DNA of 64,000 bases, taken from IMG/VR virus record IMGVR_UViG_2852079565_000004, positions 55,005 to 119,004 of that record, one strand, 5' to 3'. The notes under the pieces were generated by a model that had not been told where the DNA came from, ran no database searches, and saw only the letters and a list, made by a program, of their open reading frames with translations. Origin of the DNA: a virus (taxonomy: Duplodnaviria > Caudoviricetes). A program made the translations under genes and the position numbers. Positions 29,547-38,917 of this stretch are shown piece by piece (the stretch's first letter is position 1; each line of letters opens with the position of its first letter).

Positions 29547-30571
29547 TTTTTCTCTTTACTCTTTTTACTCCTCAATTTCATTAGTTGTTCAAAACTTAGG
29601 TGGCTTAGATCAATCCCAGTTGATTGAATAGGCCCACCATCAGCACCAGTTATTTCAGTCTTGTTCTTAACCATCCCTAAATGCTGTGCAACCATTTTAA
29701 GCGCATCGTCTTGATTACGAGTAATCACCTCAACACCAAACTTACCCTCTTTCACACCAGCGAATAAACGACGAGCAGCGCCAGTTAAGTCACGCGTATC
29801 ATGAAAATGCGCACGACCAATACCAAAACCACTACAGCGAGGGCAATCAGGATTAGGATCAAGCGAATTGTCATAACCGTAACCACCATTATCATTTGGT
29901 ATCTTTTTCTTTTTAGCCCTAGCCTCAGTAACAGCGTCTTCAAATTCTATCGCATCACGCCACTGATAATTGAAACCAAAACCCCAACAATGACGACAGC
30001 ATAGCCGGCGATATTCAGTTAGCTCGTTAACGTCTGCAGTTGCAATATCCCACCACATTTTTAATACGGCATCTTGGGTTATCTCGGTTCGACGTTCTCG
30101 TTCAGCTAGCGCATCCGCGATTGCTCTTGAAACCTTAAAATTTCTATAAAGGATTGATGCTGCGATATACGCATTATTCCCCTCACATTTATAGCCGGCT
30201 CTTTTGTATGCTGCAGTTCGGTTTAAGTCAATTAAGTACTCAGTTACGAAACGTGCTTGCATATCGTTAAGCCCGTAGTTGCGCACATCAAAGGTATTTT
30301 CATCATTATGCGCATTATCTTGTTCACTACCCTGCGCAGTTGATATATCACTATCGTGTATTGCCTCTTTTGCGCATTCTTTTTCGTGCGCAGTGCGCAA
30401 TTTTTTGTGCGCAGTTTTTTGCGCAGATTGCGCAGCTGGCTTTTTTATATATCGCCTTGCTGTTGCGTAATTAAGTCCCTGGTCTTCACACCACTCTTTA
30501 GGGGATATTCCTGATTTAGCATGGTCAGACAGGAACTGTTTTTGTAGCTCGCTCCAATCCGGCTTAGCCAT
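29543..30571 (-). CDS. Terminase small subunit with Cys-rich insert
   Basis: MAKPDW start; FVTEYLIDLNRTAAYKRAGY; CCRHCWG...CPRC. Confidence 0.88.
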   Translation of the reverse strand: MAKPDWSELQKQFLSDHAKSGISPKEWCEDQGLNYATARRYIKKPAAQSAQKTAHKKLRTAHEKECAKEAIHDSDISTAQGSEQDNAHNDENTFDVRNYGLNDMQARFVTEYLIDLNRTAAYKRAGYKCEGNNAYIAASILYRNFKVSRAIADALAERERRTEITQDAVLKMWWDIATADVNELTEYRRLCCRHCWGFGFNYQWRDAIEFEDAVTEARAKKKKIPNDNGGYGYDNSLDPNPDCPRCSGFGIGRAHFHDTRDLTGAARRLFAGVKEGKFGVEVITRNQDDALKMVAQHLGMVKNKTEITGADGGPIQSTGIDLSHLSFEQLMKLRSKKSKEKN

Positions 30572-30652
30572 AATATTTTCCTCATAACAAATTAAAAAAC
30601 TCACCGTAGTGAGCTTTGTGATTTGCAATAAAATCCCGTTCTAAGCGAGGTG

Positions 30653-30925
30653 TTATCTAAACAAAAAATATAGGACCGGTATCAATAGTACAACAGAGCA
30701 TACCCTGTACCAGATTATCTTTGTTACTATTTTTTTCTTTATCTTCCTTGCCTGCACATCATCGCTAGACTCTTTAATTTCGTTTTTGTGAGATTCTAAT
30801 ACTTCCCCTTTTACTTGCTCACTTTTTTCTAGCATCTTATGACTTCCTATTGCCATCTTTATAACTACAAACAATATAATTATTGGTATCGCAAGAAGAG
30901 CCATAACATCGAACCATGAAATCAT
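30653..30925 (-). CDS. Small two-TM moron protein
   Basis: Hydrophobic termini; low GC. Confidence 0.6.
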   Translation of the reverse strand: MISWFDVMALLAIPIIILFVVIKMAIGSHKMLEKSEQVKGEVLESHKNEIKESSDDVQARKIKKKIVTKIIWYRVCSVVLLIPVLYFLFR

Positions 30926-31168
30926 TAGTTACCCCCTTTTTGAGAGATACTAACACTAGCTAAATATAATGAATAACGCATATTTGACTTATGTATAAGA
31001 AAGGAGATATTCATCAAAGCTCTAATCTGACCATCTGCTTGAGATTACTACCTTTTTCAGATTGTGGTCATTCACGATTAACGTATAGTGACGTCACATT
31101 CATAAACTATTATTCTCTACTTCGCCCCGATATCTGGGGCATTTTTATTTTTCCCTCACAAAATAACG

Positions 31169-31216
31169 TTATGTGTGGAACTGTTGCTGTAGCGTCCCCC
31201 AATCCGGTTTAGCCAT
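31169..31216 (-). pseudogene. Truncated second terS 5' end
   Basis: AAGGAG RBS, MAKPDWGTLQQQFHT* versus terS MAKPDWSELQKQF. Confidence 0.7.
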
Positions 31217-31329
31217 CGTGTTTATCTCCTTAGCCGATTAGAAAGTCTACTTGTAGGAATAAACTTTCTGATTAGCTATTTCCCTCAAATAAAAAAACCC
31301 GCTCTAGGCGGGTTATTGCGAATTCTTTT

Positions 31330-31590
31330 TTATTTTGTTTCTGGAGTAGCATCTCTCATTGATTTAGGAATTTCTTTTTCACCATATTCTTCAGCTATGG
31401 AAATTATTTCCTTATATGGACGAGCATACGGACCAACTACAACTATAATGTTTTTCCTTTCTGCCTCTTCAGGCGTTAACTTCATAGCTTCGACCGTCAT
31501 TATCAAAGCTACTTTCAAAGCCGCACCTGTCCATGGTAAATATTTAATTTCGTCCCCTTCACTACCTGCCATAGCAGCCTCCCTAAACAC
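31330..31590 (-). CDS. Hypothetical protein
   Basis: GGAGG RBS before ATG 31572; hairpin at 31291-31314. Confidence 0.55.
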   Translation of the reverse strand: MFREAAMAGSEGDEIKYLPWTGAALKVALIMTVEAMKLTPEEAERKNIIVVVGPYARPYKEIISIAEEYGEKEIPKSMRDATPETK

Positions 31591-31607
31591 TACCCACTTA
31601 CTAAATT

Positions 31608-31739
31608 CTACCCTACAAAAAAGACTGATGCCTTGCCTAACCAGTTTGGTATGGCTATTGATGTTAATAACAAGAGAAAACCAACTACTAAGTATTGGAA
31701 AACATAAAGCATACGGATAAATAGTTCTTTTAATATCAT
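31608..31739 (-). CDS. 43-aa single-TM peptide (not in ORF track)
   Basis: MILKELFIRMLYVFQYLVVGFLLLLTSIAIPNWLGKASVFFVG; paralog at 54747-54872. Confidence 0.6.
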   Translation of the reverse strand: MILKELFIRMLYVFQYLVVGFLLLLTSIAIPNWLGKASVFFVG

Positions 31740-31973
31740 AGAGTGTACCCTTTATTGCTAATGTGATTAATTACCAAAAAAAGTATTAACACCTAAAATA
31801 TAGCAGCTCATTTTCATTTGTCAGGTATATCTAACCATACCAACCCCATACAGATATCATGCATTAATACTAATATTACAGCTCTATACTGATAAAAATG
31901 GTAATCAAATTGTTCTGCTATAATTAAAAGTGATCTTTTGTAACTTATAACTTCACACTAAAAGGAAGAAAAT

Positions 31974-32105
31974 ATGTTGAAAAAAATCAGTTTCCTCATC
32001 TGCTCATTAGCGGTTGCTTTCACATTAACTGCCTGCAACACCACTAAAGGTGTTGGTGAAGACATAGAGGCTGGAGGAGAGGCAATACAAAGAGCAGCCC
32101 AGTAA
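31974..32105 (+). CDS. ecnB: Entericidin B-like lipoprotein (not in ORF track)
   Basis: MLKKISFLICSLAVAFTLTACNTTKGVGEDIEAGGEAIQRAAQ; LTAC lipobox; TGCTATAAT promoter upstream. Confidence 0.88.
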   Translation: MLKKISFLICSLAVAFTLTACNTTKGVGEDIEAGGEAIQRAAQ

Positions 32106-32376
32106 AAAGCCTACTCTCTTACCTAACAAACTAGAGGATAAGTTTATTTTGTCCTTCTAGTGTTTTCTTAAGCTTTTAACGAGGCTCATATTCGTATTTT
32201 CTTTTCCGTATTTGCTTACACTTAGTTCATATGAAAACTTTTTAAACCATCTATGCTGATAGTGTGTTCAAACTATTGCTTTATTTTATTTTGCCCCTGA
32301 ACAGGGGCTTTTCTTTGTTGTTACTTTGTATTTTTCCCTTATAAAAAACTAGTATGAGGCTGGCTATTATTTATTA

Positions 32377-32580
32377 TTATTTTCTATCATTTACTATATC
32401 TACTCTCATTTTTAATATTGATGATAGCGTCTTCATTGAATAAAGTTGCGACTCAAATAATCCTTTTTCACTGTCTGGTAGTTTATTAAACGCTCTACTA
32501 CGTATAAATTTGACTAAATATCTAATTCTTACATCTAAGAGTGCTGAATCATTTAGTAATTGTTGACTTCTGTTTTTCAT
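32377..32580 (-). CDS. Small phage hypothetical protein
   Basis: 67-aa ORF, Q..SM..Y/L..IL..R pattern. Confidence 0.55.
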   Translation of the reverse strand: MKNRSQQLLNDSALLDVRIRYLVKFIRSRAFNKLPDSEKGLFESQLYSMKTLSSILKMRVDIVNDRK

Positions 32581-32958
32581 ACTACTTTCGTATAACCAAT
32601 TACACTAATTATGAGTACTTAAAGAGTAGATATGAATTCAGATATTTCAAATTATCAATTACTGGTCATACCAAACCAAGGGCTGCTGAGAGGCCTATTC
32701 AATATCTGGCTACTAAAAAGCCCCCAATAGAGGTTCATTGTTCACTTAATCGACTATAAATTTAAATTCTTAGAAATAATTTTGCATACTTTGAAATACC
32801 GACTATGTTTAAAGAGATATTCAATTGTATAAAGCAACATCTTTTAGCCTACTGCTGTGTAGGCTTTTTTTATTTCATCACCTGTCGTTTTTGTTCAATT
32901 TTCCGTATTGTTTTCTTGGCTATCTCTAAATAGGCACCTTTAATCAATTCAGAGTAGG

Positions 32959-33420
32959 TCACGGTAAACACTCCGTTCTAATATAATCTTGCAGCCCTTT
33001 AATCATTTGCTCTGACTCTGCAATTCGCTCTCTGAGTAGCCAATAATTTTGGATAGCGGTGTCAGTAGGTCGGGCGGTGATTGCATCATCCAAGCTGGGG
33101 GCGGTAGTGCCTTCGGCTTTTTTGCAACTAGCTTTGATGTACACCCGGTCAGGATTACGCTCAGCAGCAATACGCAACTTATCAATTTCAATTTTTGCAT
33201 TGGCTAATTCCTGAGTATGTTTAGTATCGAGTTTATGAAGGGATTGAACACGTTCTTGATAGTCTTCATTGATTTTGACTTGCTCTATCAGCTCAACAAG
33301 TAGTTCGGTATTCTTGGTATTTAGCTCACCTATCCTTTCGTGTTGTTTCCACATTCCCCATATGGCCACCCACGCAGCGATAAATAACAATGCTCTGACT
33401 TTATTCATGGCGATTACCAT
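32959..33420 (-). CDS. Rz i-spanin
   Basis: TM plus coiled coil, QDYIRTEC. Confidence 0.92.
   Translation of the reverse strand: MVIAMNKVRALLFIAAWVAIWGMWKQHERIGELNTKNTELLVELIEQVKINEDYQERVQSLHKLDTKHTQELANAKIEIDKLRIAAERNPDRVYIKASCKKAEGTTAPSLDDAITARPTDTAIQNYWLLRERIAESEQMIKGLQDYIRTECLP
33003..33200 (-). CDS. Rz1 o-spanin (nested)
   Basis: ILTGC lipobox, PPPAWMM. Confidence 0.85.
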   Translation of the reverse strand: MQKLKLISCVLLLSVILTGCTSKLVAKKPKALPPPAWMMQSPPDLLTPLSKIIGYSESELQSQSK

Positions 33421-33428
33421 ATAGATGA

Positions 33429-33635
33429 TTAAAAATTAACTTGCCGCCCTTTATAGTGATCGATGGCTTTCTGGCAGCGTTTTTCTAAACTGACTTTATC
33501 AATGCCGCATGTGTTATCTGTCATACAATAAGCACCAAATACAATTATTGATATCGCAAGCAGCATAAAGAAAATTACAGCTACTATAGGTTTCCAAGGC
33601 ATGAACTTTCCTCTAATTTTATTATCAGTTATCAT
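33429..33635 (-). CDS. Small membrane protein of lysis region
   Basis: TM, 3 Cys; diverged copy ~58776-58949. Confidence 0.6.
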   Translation of the reverse strand: MITDNKIRGKFMPWKPIVAVIFFMLLAISIIVFGAYCMTDNTCGIDKVSLEKRCQKAIDHYKGRQVNF

Positions 33636-33688
33636 CTTTAGGCTTTTTAGAAAAATACCTAAAACAATAAAAGGTTCCTGACATCCAA

Positions 33689-34240
33689 ATGAAAATTTCC
33701 AACAAAATTAAATGGTCTAGTCTATCTATCATTTTTTTAACCTTAGGATGGGTTTTATTAAATGGAGATAAAGCCTTGGAAAATATCAATACTTTCTGTC
33801 ACTGGCATGGTTCATCTCCTGAGCTAACAGGGAAATGGACCAACTCAACAGAAGGTTGGTTAGATGCTAGTAACTGGCATGGAAATAATTATGAGTTCAT
33901 GGAAATTGAACTGGAGGTTGAAAATTATGAAGTCGAAGGGATTGTGACATCCAATAAAATAAAAGAACTTCTCCCATTTGACTTCGTTTTATTCAAAGGT
34001 AAAAAAAATTATTTCAGTAATACAATTGAAGGCGTTGCATTTGATTTCATTAATGGGAATGAAGTTCACCTTGGCGTAATGAGCCTAACCATAGATAAAA
34101 ATGGAGAGCTTGTGATTTTACAAAATGAAAAGTATGCAAGTCTTTTCCCAGAAAAGGTTGTATTACGAAAAGTATCAAATACTGCCTTTGATTCTCTGAA
34201 TGAAAAACTAGAACATAAAAATGAAAGCGATAAAAAATAA
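33689..34240 (+). CDS. Moron: exported/membrane-anchored hypothetical protein
   Basis: Hydrophobic N-terminus; antisense inside lysis cassette. Confidence 0.7.
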   Translation: MKISNKIKWSSLSIIFLTLGWVLLNGDKALENINTFCHWHGSSPELTGKWTNSTEGWLDASNWHGNNYEFMEIELEVENYEVEGIVTSNKIKELLPFDFVLFKGKKNYFSNTIEGVAFDFINGNEVHLGVMSLTIDKNGELVILQNEKYASLFPEKVVLRKVSNTAFDSLNEKLEHKNESDKK

Positions 34241-34284
34241 CCACCACCCATCAATATGATTGATCCACATAGCTATACCGATAG

Positions 34285-34776
34285 TTAATGTAATTGCAGC
34301 CATTGCTCACTCCACAAGCATACTGCATTTTCTATCTCTCTACGCGTTATCAAACCTTTCCACGGCTTGCCCCCAGCATATATCCAGCGTTTAAGTTCAT
34401 TACATGCGCCAACTTGGTCACCAGCGTTTAATTTTTTAAGTAGTGTAGAGCGCGAAAAAGCCCCTGTTCCAACGTTATAGGTAAATGAATAAAGTGCAGC
34501 CCTGGTGTAATCAGGGATATTAACTTTAATTAAGGGGTTTACTACCTTAGCTACAATTGCCAAGTCTTTTTCTAACAGTGCATCACACTCTGCTTTTGTG
34601 TAGTTTTTTGTGGGGATAATGTCAGAACCTGTGTGTCCATAACATACAGTTAGCACTCCTACTACATCACGGTAAGGCTTGGATTCATATCCTTCAAAAT
34701 TAGTGACCATCGCAACAGTTAAAGCCATCAAGCCACCAGCAGCAGCCATTTGAATTTTATTTGGTATTTTTGCCAC
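34285..34776 (-). CDS. Endolysin (GH24 lysozyme, SAR type)
   Basis: Ala/Gly-rich N-terminal SAR; E-x8-D-x5-T triad (FEG...RDVVGVLT). Confidence 0.93.
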   Translation of the reverse strand: MAKIPNKIQMAAAGGLMALTVAMVTNFEGYESKPYRDVVGVLTVCYGHTGSDIIPTKNYTKAECDALLEKDLAIVAKVVNPLIKVNIPDYTRAALYSFTYNVGTGAFSRSTLLKKLNAGDQVGACNELKRWIYAGGKPWKGLITRREIENAVCLWSEQWLQLH

Positions 34777-34957
34777 TGTTAGTCTCTCTTAATTTGAATT
34801 CTTTCCGCTTGTAGTACCAATTCACCAAGAATGTAGCGACCGTACATAAAATACCGACGATTACTGCCCATTGATCTAGTGTGAAAATACCAAATATGGA
34901 TGTTAGAACACCCCATATGATTGCAGCAGGGCTTGAGTATTTTTCGTGCATACGCAT
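34757..34957 (-). CDS. Class II holin with Met-Arg-Met dual start
   Basis: 2 [11 protein letters not shown] tail; ATG CGT ATG at 34957/34951. Confidence 0.85.
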   Translation of the reverse strand: MRMHEKYSSPAAIIWGVLTSIFGIFTLDQWAVIVGILCTVATFLVNWYYKRKEFKLRETNSGKNTK

Positions 34958-35083
34958 ATCCACCCCCGATGGAGTGTTCCTGTAAGGTCAATATTTAAAT
35001 GCTTATGAAGTCAATTTATGGAAGAAAAAAGCCGCTATATCTAATAGCGGCCAATAATACGATAAAAATCCATATTAAAGTTA

Positions 35084-36301
35084 CTATTTTCTTTTAGATA
35101 GTGACTCTATTAGTGATGCTAGTTGTTCAAGGCCATCAAAAGTTGATGGTATATTATTTTCATTGAGTTGAATATTTGAAAATATAATATTTTCGAATTT
35201 CTCTAATGCTTCACGATTATCTTTTGTTTTAGAAAAATCAGAGTAGTTATCAACAAACATACACAGATTTTTCCTCAAATTTATCTGGGTTAGTTCTGCT
35301 TTTATAGAGTTATAATTCTGTAGGGAAACTCTAAAAAAATATAAAGAAATAATAGTTAAAGCCGAATAACCTATGTATTTAAATATCATAACATCATTAA
35401 ATTCATCGGCTTTTTCCGTGATTATTTTATATCCTATAGGGCATATGGAAACGAAAGCCAATAGAAATAAAATAGCTAAAGAAATCCATCGTTCTTTACT
35501 TTTAGAACTATATATATCATGATAAGCCTTTGTCAATCCAGCGAAATTATATCCAGAAGACAAATTCTCCAAATATTTTTTTAATTCATCAATCTTTTTT
35601 TGCTTAACTTCTAGATCATCTTTTATAAATTTTGATTTCTCATTAAATAAGTCTTCAACTTCCTCGTTAAAATCAGTAACCTTATTACCTATGAGAACAA
35701 TCTCTTCATGTTTTAAATTTATATTTTTTTCTATTTCAGTTAATCTCTCAAAATCACTAAATTTAGAATCAAACACAAAATTCAAATTTCCGATCAAAAT
35801 ACTATATATATAACCAGAGTACTCATCTATTGAATATTCAAGATAAAACTTTACTCTATCTTCAAGAAATAGAAACAAATGCCTATTCTTCTTTAAATAG
35901 CGAACTCTTTCAGATAATATATCATTCAACATTCCATCAGGAACAACAATCAGGTATTCTATTATGTACCTTATAATTATAATATAAGATAACATTATAT
36001 TGCTTGGTGTGTCAGTTTTTATAGCCAACCTGAAATTACCAGTAATCTTACAATACTCATCAAAGCTATTAATTCTATCTAATGCAATATCTATTGTTTC
36101 CCTTACTTCACCAATAAATTTCGCTAAACAAGACTTCGTTTCTTGATCTAAGCTAGTAGTCTCATCAATCAAAAATAATTTATACAAGGCATCATCTTTC
36201 TCTAAAAGATTTTTAATCTCTATCAATGAATTTTGATATGACTCTAAATGTCCTAATTTCCCGCTCATTACTTTCCTTAAAATACAAAAAAAACAAATCA
36301 A
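35084..36301 (-). CDS. Moron: coiled-coil + 2-TM hypothetical protein (likely start 36268)
   Basis: Very low GC; between Q/pR' and holin. Confidence 0.75.
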   Translation of the reverse strand: MICFFCILRKVMSGKLGHLESYQNSLIEIKNLLEKDDALYKLFLIDETTSLDQETKSCLAKFIGEVRETIDIALDRINSFDEYCKITGNFRLAIKTDTPSNIMLSYIIIIRYIIEYLIVVPDGMLNDILSERVRYLKKNRHLFLFLEDRVKFYLEYSIDEYSGYIYSILIGNLNFVFDSKFSDFERLTEIEKNINLKHEEIVLIGNKVTDFNEEVEDLFNEKSKFIKDDLEVKQKKIDELKKYLENLSSGYNFAGLTKAYHDIYSSKSKERWISLAILFLLAFVSICPIGYKIITEKADEFNDVMIFKYIGYSALTIISLYFFRVSLQNYNSIKAELTQINLRKNLCMFVDNYSDFSKTKDNREALEKFENIIFSNIQLNENNIPSTFDGLEQLASLIESLSKRK

Positions 36302-36389
36302 TAAGTTAAGTATAAATGAGAAGTAAACTCTTAAGAATTTTTATATCACAAAATAGCAATATTTCCCGAAATATTTTTATCATAGTTAA

Positions 36390-36483
36390 CAAAAAACCCA
36401 GCGCATTGGCTGGGTTAGTCGGTGAAGTTACTAAAATGGCAACTTACCTTGAAATAGTGGCTCATTGGCTCAAAGAAGTCAAC
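36390..36483 (-). promoter_or_regulatory. Late promoter pR' and terminator tR'
   Basis: TTGACT...TATTT at end of Q; AACCCAGC-N5-GCTGGGTTTTTT hairpin. Confidence 0.6.
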
Positions 36484-36995
36484 ACGTTCTTACTATTATT
36501 TTTCTTTTTCCACTCATTATCGCGTATTTTAAATGCATTATAGAGATGTGGGTAAATTAAATACTCTGCAGAACGAATAATTTCTTTTACCTCACGACGG
36601 CATGTGGCCATCGAGGGTTTTCGATATTCAAGCGTGCGATTTCTGCGAAGCATTTGCCGTGGCTGTGCAATACCATAATAATAACGAGCAATGGCACGGT
36701 CGGAGCTCACAAAGGCATAACGTAATAACAATAATGTGAATGCAATTCGGTCTATATGATAAATTTTATCAACCACCTTGGTGATTAACATTCCATCGTC
36801 GTCATTACACATTTCCCTTTCTGGATAATCACGCTTTTCTACAGTTGCCATAAATTCAGCAATGATACTGCTTTGGCGTTTCTCTAATCTACCGCTGTAA
36901 ACCCAAGCACCAAACTTGGATAGCCAACCTTGTAACCAAGCTTCTTGCTCAGCATCAAGTACAAGCCCATCAGAAATACTTTTTATACTCGACAT
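36462..36995 (-). CDS. Late antiterminator Q
   Basis: WLSKFGAWVYSG, MCNDDDGMLI; position before lysis genes. Confidence 0.82.
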   Translation of the reverse strand: MSSIKSISDGLVLDAEQEAWLQGWLSKFGAWVYSGRLEKRQSSIIAEFMATVEKRDYPEREMCNDDDGMLITKVVDKIYHIDRIAFTLLLLRYAFVSSDRAIARYYYGIAQPRQMLRRNRTLEYRKPSMATCRREVKEIIRSAEYLIYPHLYNAFKIRDNEWKKKNNSKNVLTSLSQ

Positions 36996-37297
36996 GCTCG
37001 CAGCTCCATGACTTCTCTTTTGGTTTGCTCAAGTAGTTCACTCTCAGTACCGTGAATTTCTTGCCATGTTTTAGGCGCTGCATGAAAACCAGTATCATAA
37101 GTAGGTCTGTGATGAGGCGGGCATAACGGTAAAACATCTTTATGGCTAGCTCTTTGCGCCATTCCCTGCCCCGTTCTTACATGATGGATTTCCGCGGGGC
37201 TTGCTCCATACCCCATATTACGGCAGCAAATGCAGCCAAGTTCTGCTACATCCGATAGCCACTGTTTATCTTCTTTAGCCTTTGATTTTTTGGTCAT
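36983..37297 (-). CDS. Ref-like HNH/Zn protein
   Basis: GCICC, AEIHH, LPLCPPHH. Confidence 0.8.
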   Translation of the reverse strand: MTKKSKAKEDKQWLSDVAELGCICCRNMGYGASPAEIHHVRTGQGMAQRASHKDVLPLCPPHHRPTYDTGFHAAPKTWQEIHGTESELLEQTKREVMELRACRV

Positions 37298-37308
37298 TGG
37301 TCTTGCCT

Positions 37309-37902
37309 CTAGGTAAAATCTAATAACTGAGCCGCCGCATTTTCAGCAGCTTCTTGGGTGGGGAATTTACGAAATAAAATGAAGTTCCAAAGCACATCGA
37401 GGGTTGATTTGTAGAGTTCGCCAAAGGCTAGGTCATCCATTTTGGCAAAGCTAATTGATTTGGCTACACGGCGTAGGCTACCGTCTGGCATTTCAAAGGT
37501 TTCATAATGGCCTGATTGCTCTACCACCCAATAGCGGAAAGCATCAAAGGATTTGGTTGCTGATATATTGTGAGCACGTTTCTGAGCTATCTCATCGAGA
37601 TAAACATCTGCAGCGGATTGGAGAGCATCATCGTTATCGGTGTAGTAAGCGAGGAATTTAACGTAACCGCGTACTAGCTCTTTTTCTTCAGGCGAAATAG
37701 TGCCACCGGTTGGTTCCCAGTATTCATACCCTAGATTGAATAAAGCGAAGTATTTACGGTGGAAACGCGGGTTACGAGCTTTCTTGAAATCAGCAGAAAG
37801 CACATCACCACACTTGATTTTTGAATGTAAGAAATCTCTCGCAGCGGGGTTAGCCGGCACAAGAGTGTCGTTAGACATTTTGATAAAGCTATGCTGTGCC
37901 AT
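37309..37902 (-). CDS. DUF1367 (NinB-like) protein
   Basis: RNPRFHRKYFAL, KSISFAKMD. Confidence 0.85.
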   Translation of the reverse strand: MAQHSFIKMSNDTLVPANPAARDFLHSKIKCGDVLSADFKKARNPRFHRKYFALFNLGYEYWEPTGGTISPEEKELVRGYVKFLAYYTDNDDALQSAADVYLDEIAQKRAHNISATKSFDAFRYWVVEQSGHYETFEMPDGSLRRVAKSISFAKMDDLAFGELYKSTLDVLWNFILFRKFPTQEAAENAAAQLLDFT

Positions 37903-38008
37903 ACGTTTCTCTCAGTAGACACAGCAAGTGTTAGGATTGGGTGTTCAGACCAATGAGAGTTATTGTATCAGAAATCTTACTTTCTGCAAAAATGATAACT
38001 ATCTAATT

Positions 38009-38896
38009 TTACATGAATAATTTTTTTATTGGCTCAATATATGGCATTATTGCTGATGAAACAGAAGCAGCCCCTCCAGCAATAGTCATTATATCTACTA
38101 GTTTCTCCATAATAATGGATTTGTCTTTAATACCTTTCATTGATTCAAGATTAGGAATCACCTTATCAATAACGTCAGCATCTACTCCTTGATTTTTTAT
38201 TTGTATTAATTCAGAAATTAACTTATCAATCAATTCATTAGATTGAATTTGTAAATTCTGACTAAAATTTTCACTGGCATTTACTACATTAGCATTACCA
38301 TAAATATGGTTATTAAAGGTTTGCGTCACTATTTTTTCGTCTTGTTTTGACAATTTAATATCCTCTATATTCTCTATTTTTCTTTCTATTTCCAATAAAA
38401 ACCTAAGTGTTTTATTTTTTATAGAATCAATTACACTATAACAAGCCATCCTTGGTAAAATCTCATATGCTCTAGTGCAAAAGAAACCTTGATATAACCT
38501 ATTGAATAGAGGTAAAGCTGACATGGGTATATCTCTTACAGGATCATCATCAGCTGAGTACGAAAGTAGACTTTCTATATATGACACTGGATAGTAAACT
38601 TTCCCTGAGCCAAAACTATCCTGTAAAAAATCTGGCAATAAATGCTTATCAATTTGCAGTGCAGAGTGATTCGCACCTGCTCTATTAGAGAAGTCCCCTC
38701 GAATTACAGTGCCTACTATGCGGTAATCAGGAATTGCATCATCACCATCATATCCATCTAACTCTAACTCAGTCCATTTAATAAATGTGTCGTTGTTTAT
38801 CTTATATGCTAACACTGAACATTTACGTAAAATATCCGTTATATTTGAACTTGGATTTAAAATATCATTTTGTATTTCGGAGAAAAGAGATGGCAT
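38009..38896 (-). CDS. AbiTii-domain protein (abortive-infection-like moron)
   Basis: DILRKCSVLAYKI..FIKWTELELDGY..IPDYR; low GC. Confidence 0.78.
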   Translation of the reverse strand: MPSLFSEIQNDILNPSSNITDILRKCSVLAYKINNDTFIKWTELELDGYDGDDAIPDYRIVGTVIRGDFSNRAGANHSALQIDKHLLPDFLQDSFGSGKVYYPVSYIESLLSYSADDDPVRDIPMSALPLFNRLYQGFFCTRAYEILPRMACYSVIDSIKNKTLRFLLEIERKIENIEDIKLSKQDEKIVTQTFNNHIYGNANVVNASENFSQNLQIQSNELIDKLISELIQIKNQGVDADVIDKVIPNLESMKGIKDKSIIMEKLVDIMTIAGGAASVSSAIMPYIEPIKKLFM

Positions 38897-38917
38897 TATT
38901 AGCTCCTATTTTTCTTT

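Noticed and set aside
9031-30470. Many plus-strand ORFs overlapping virion genes (e.g. 16755-17264, 23927-24502)
   Set aside because: Antisense shadows of well-supported minus-strand genes, with no motifs; 28911-29546 is the exception
31316-31720. 134-aa plus-strand ORF
   Set aside because: Overlaps two better-supported minus-strand ORFs, one conserved in the second prophage
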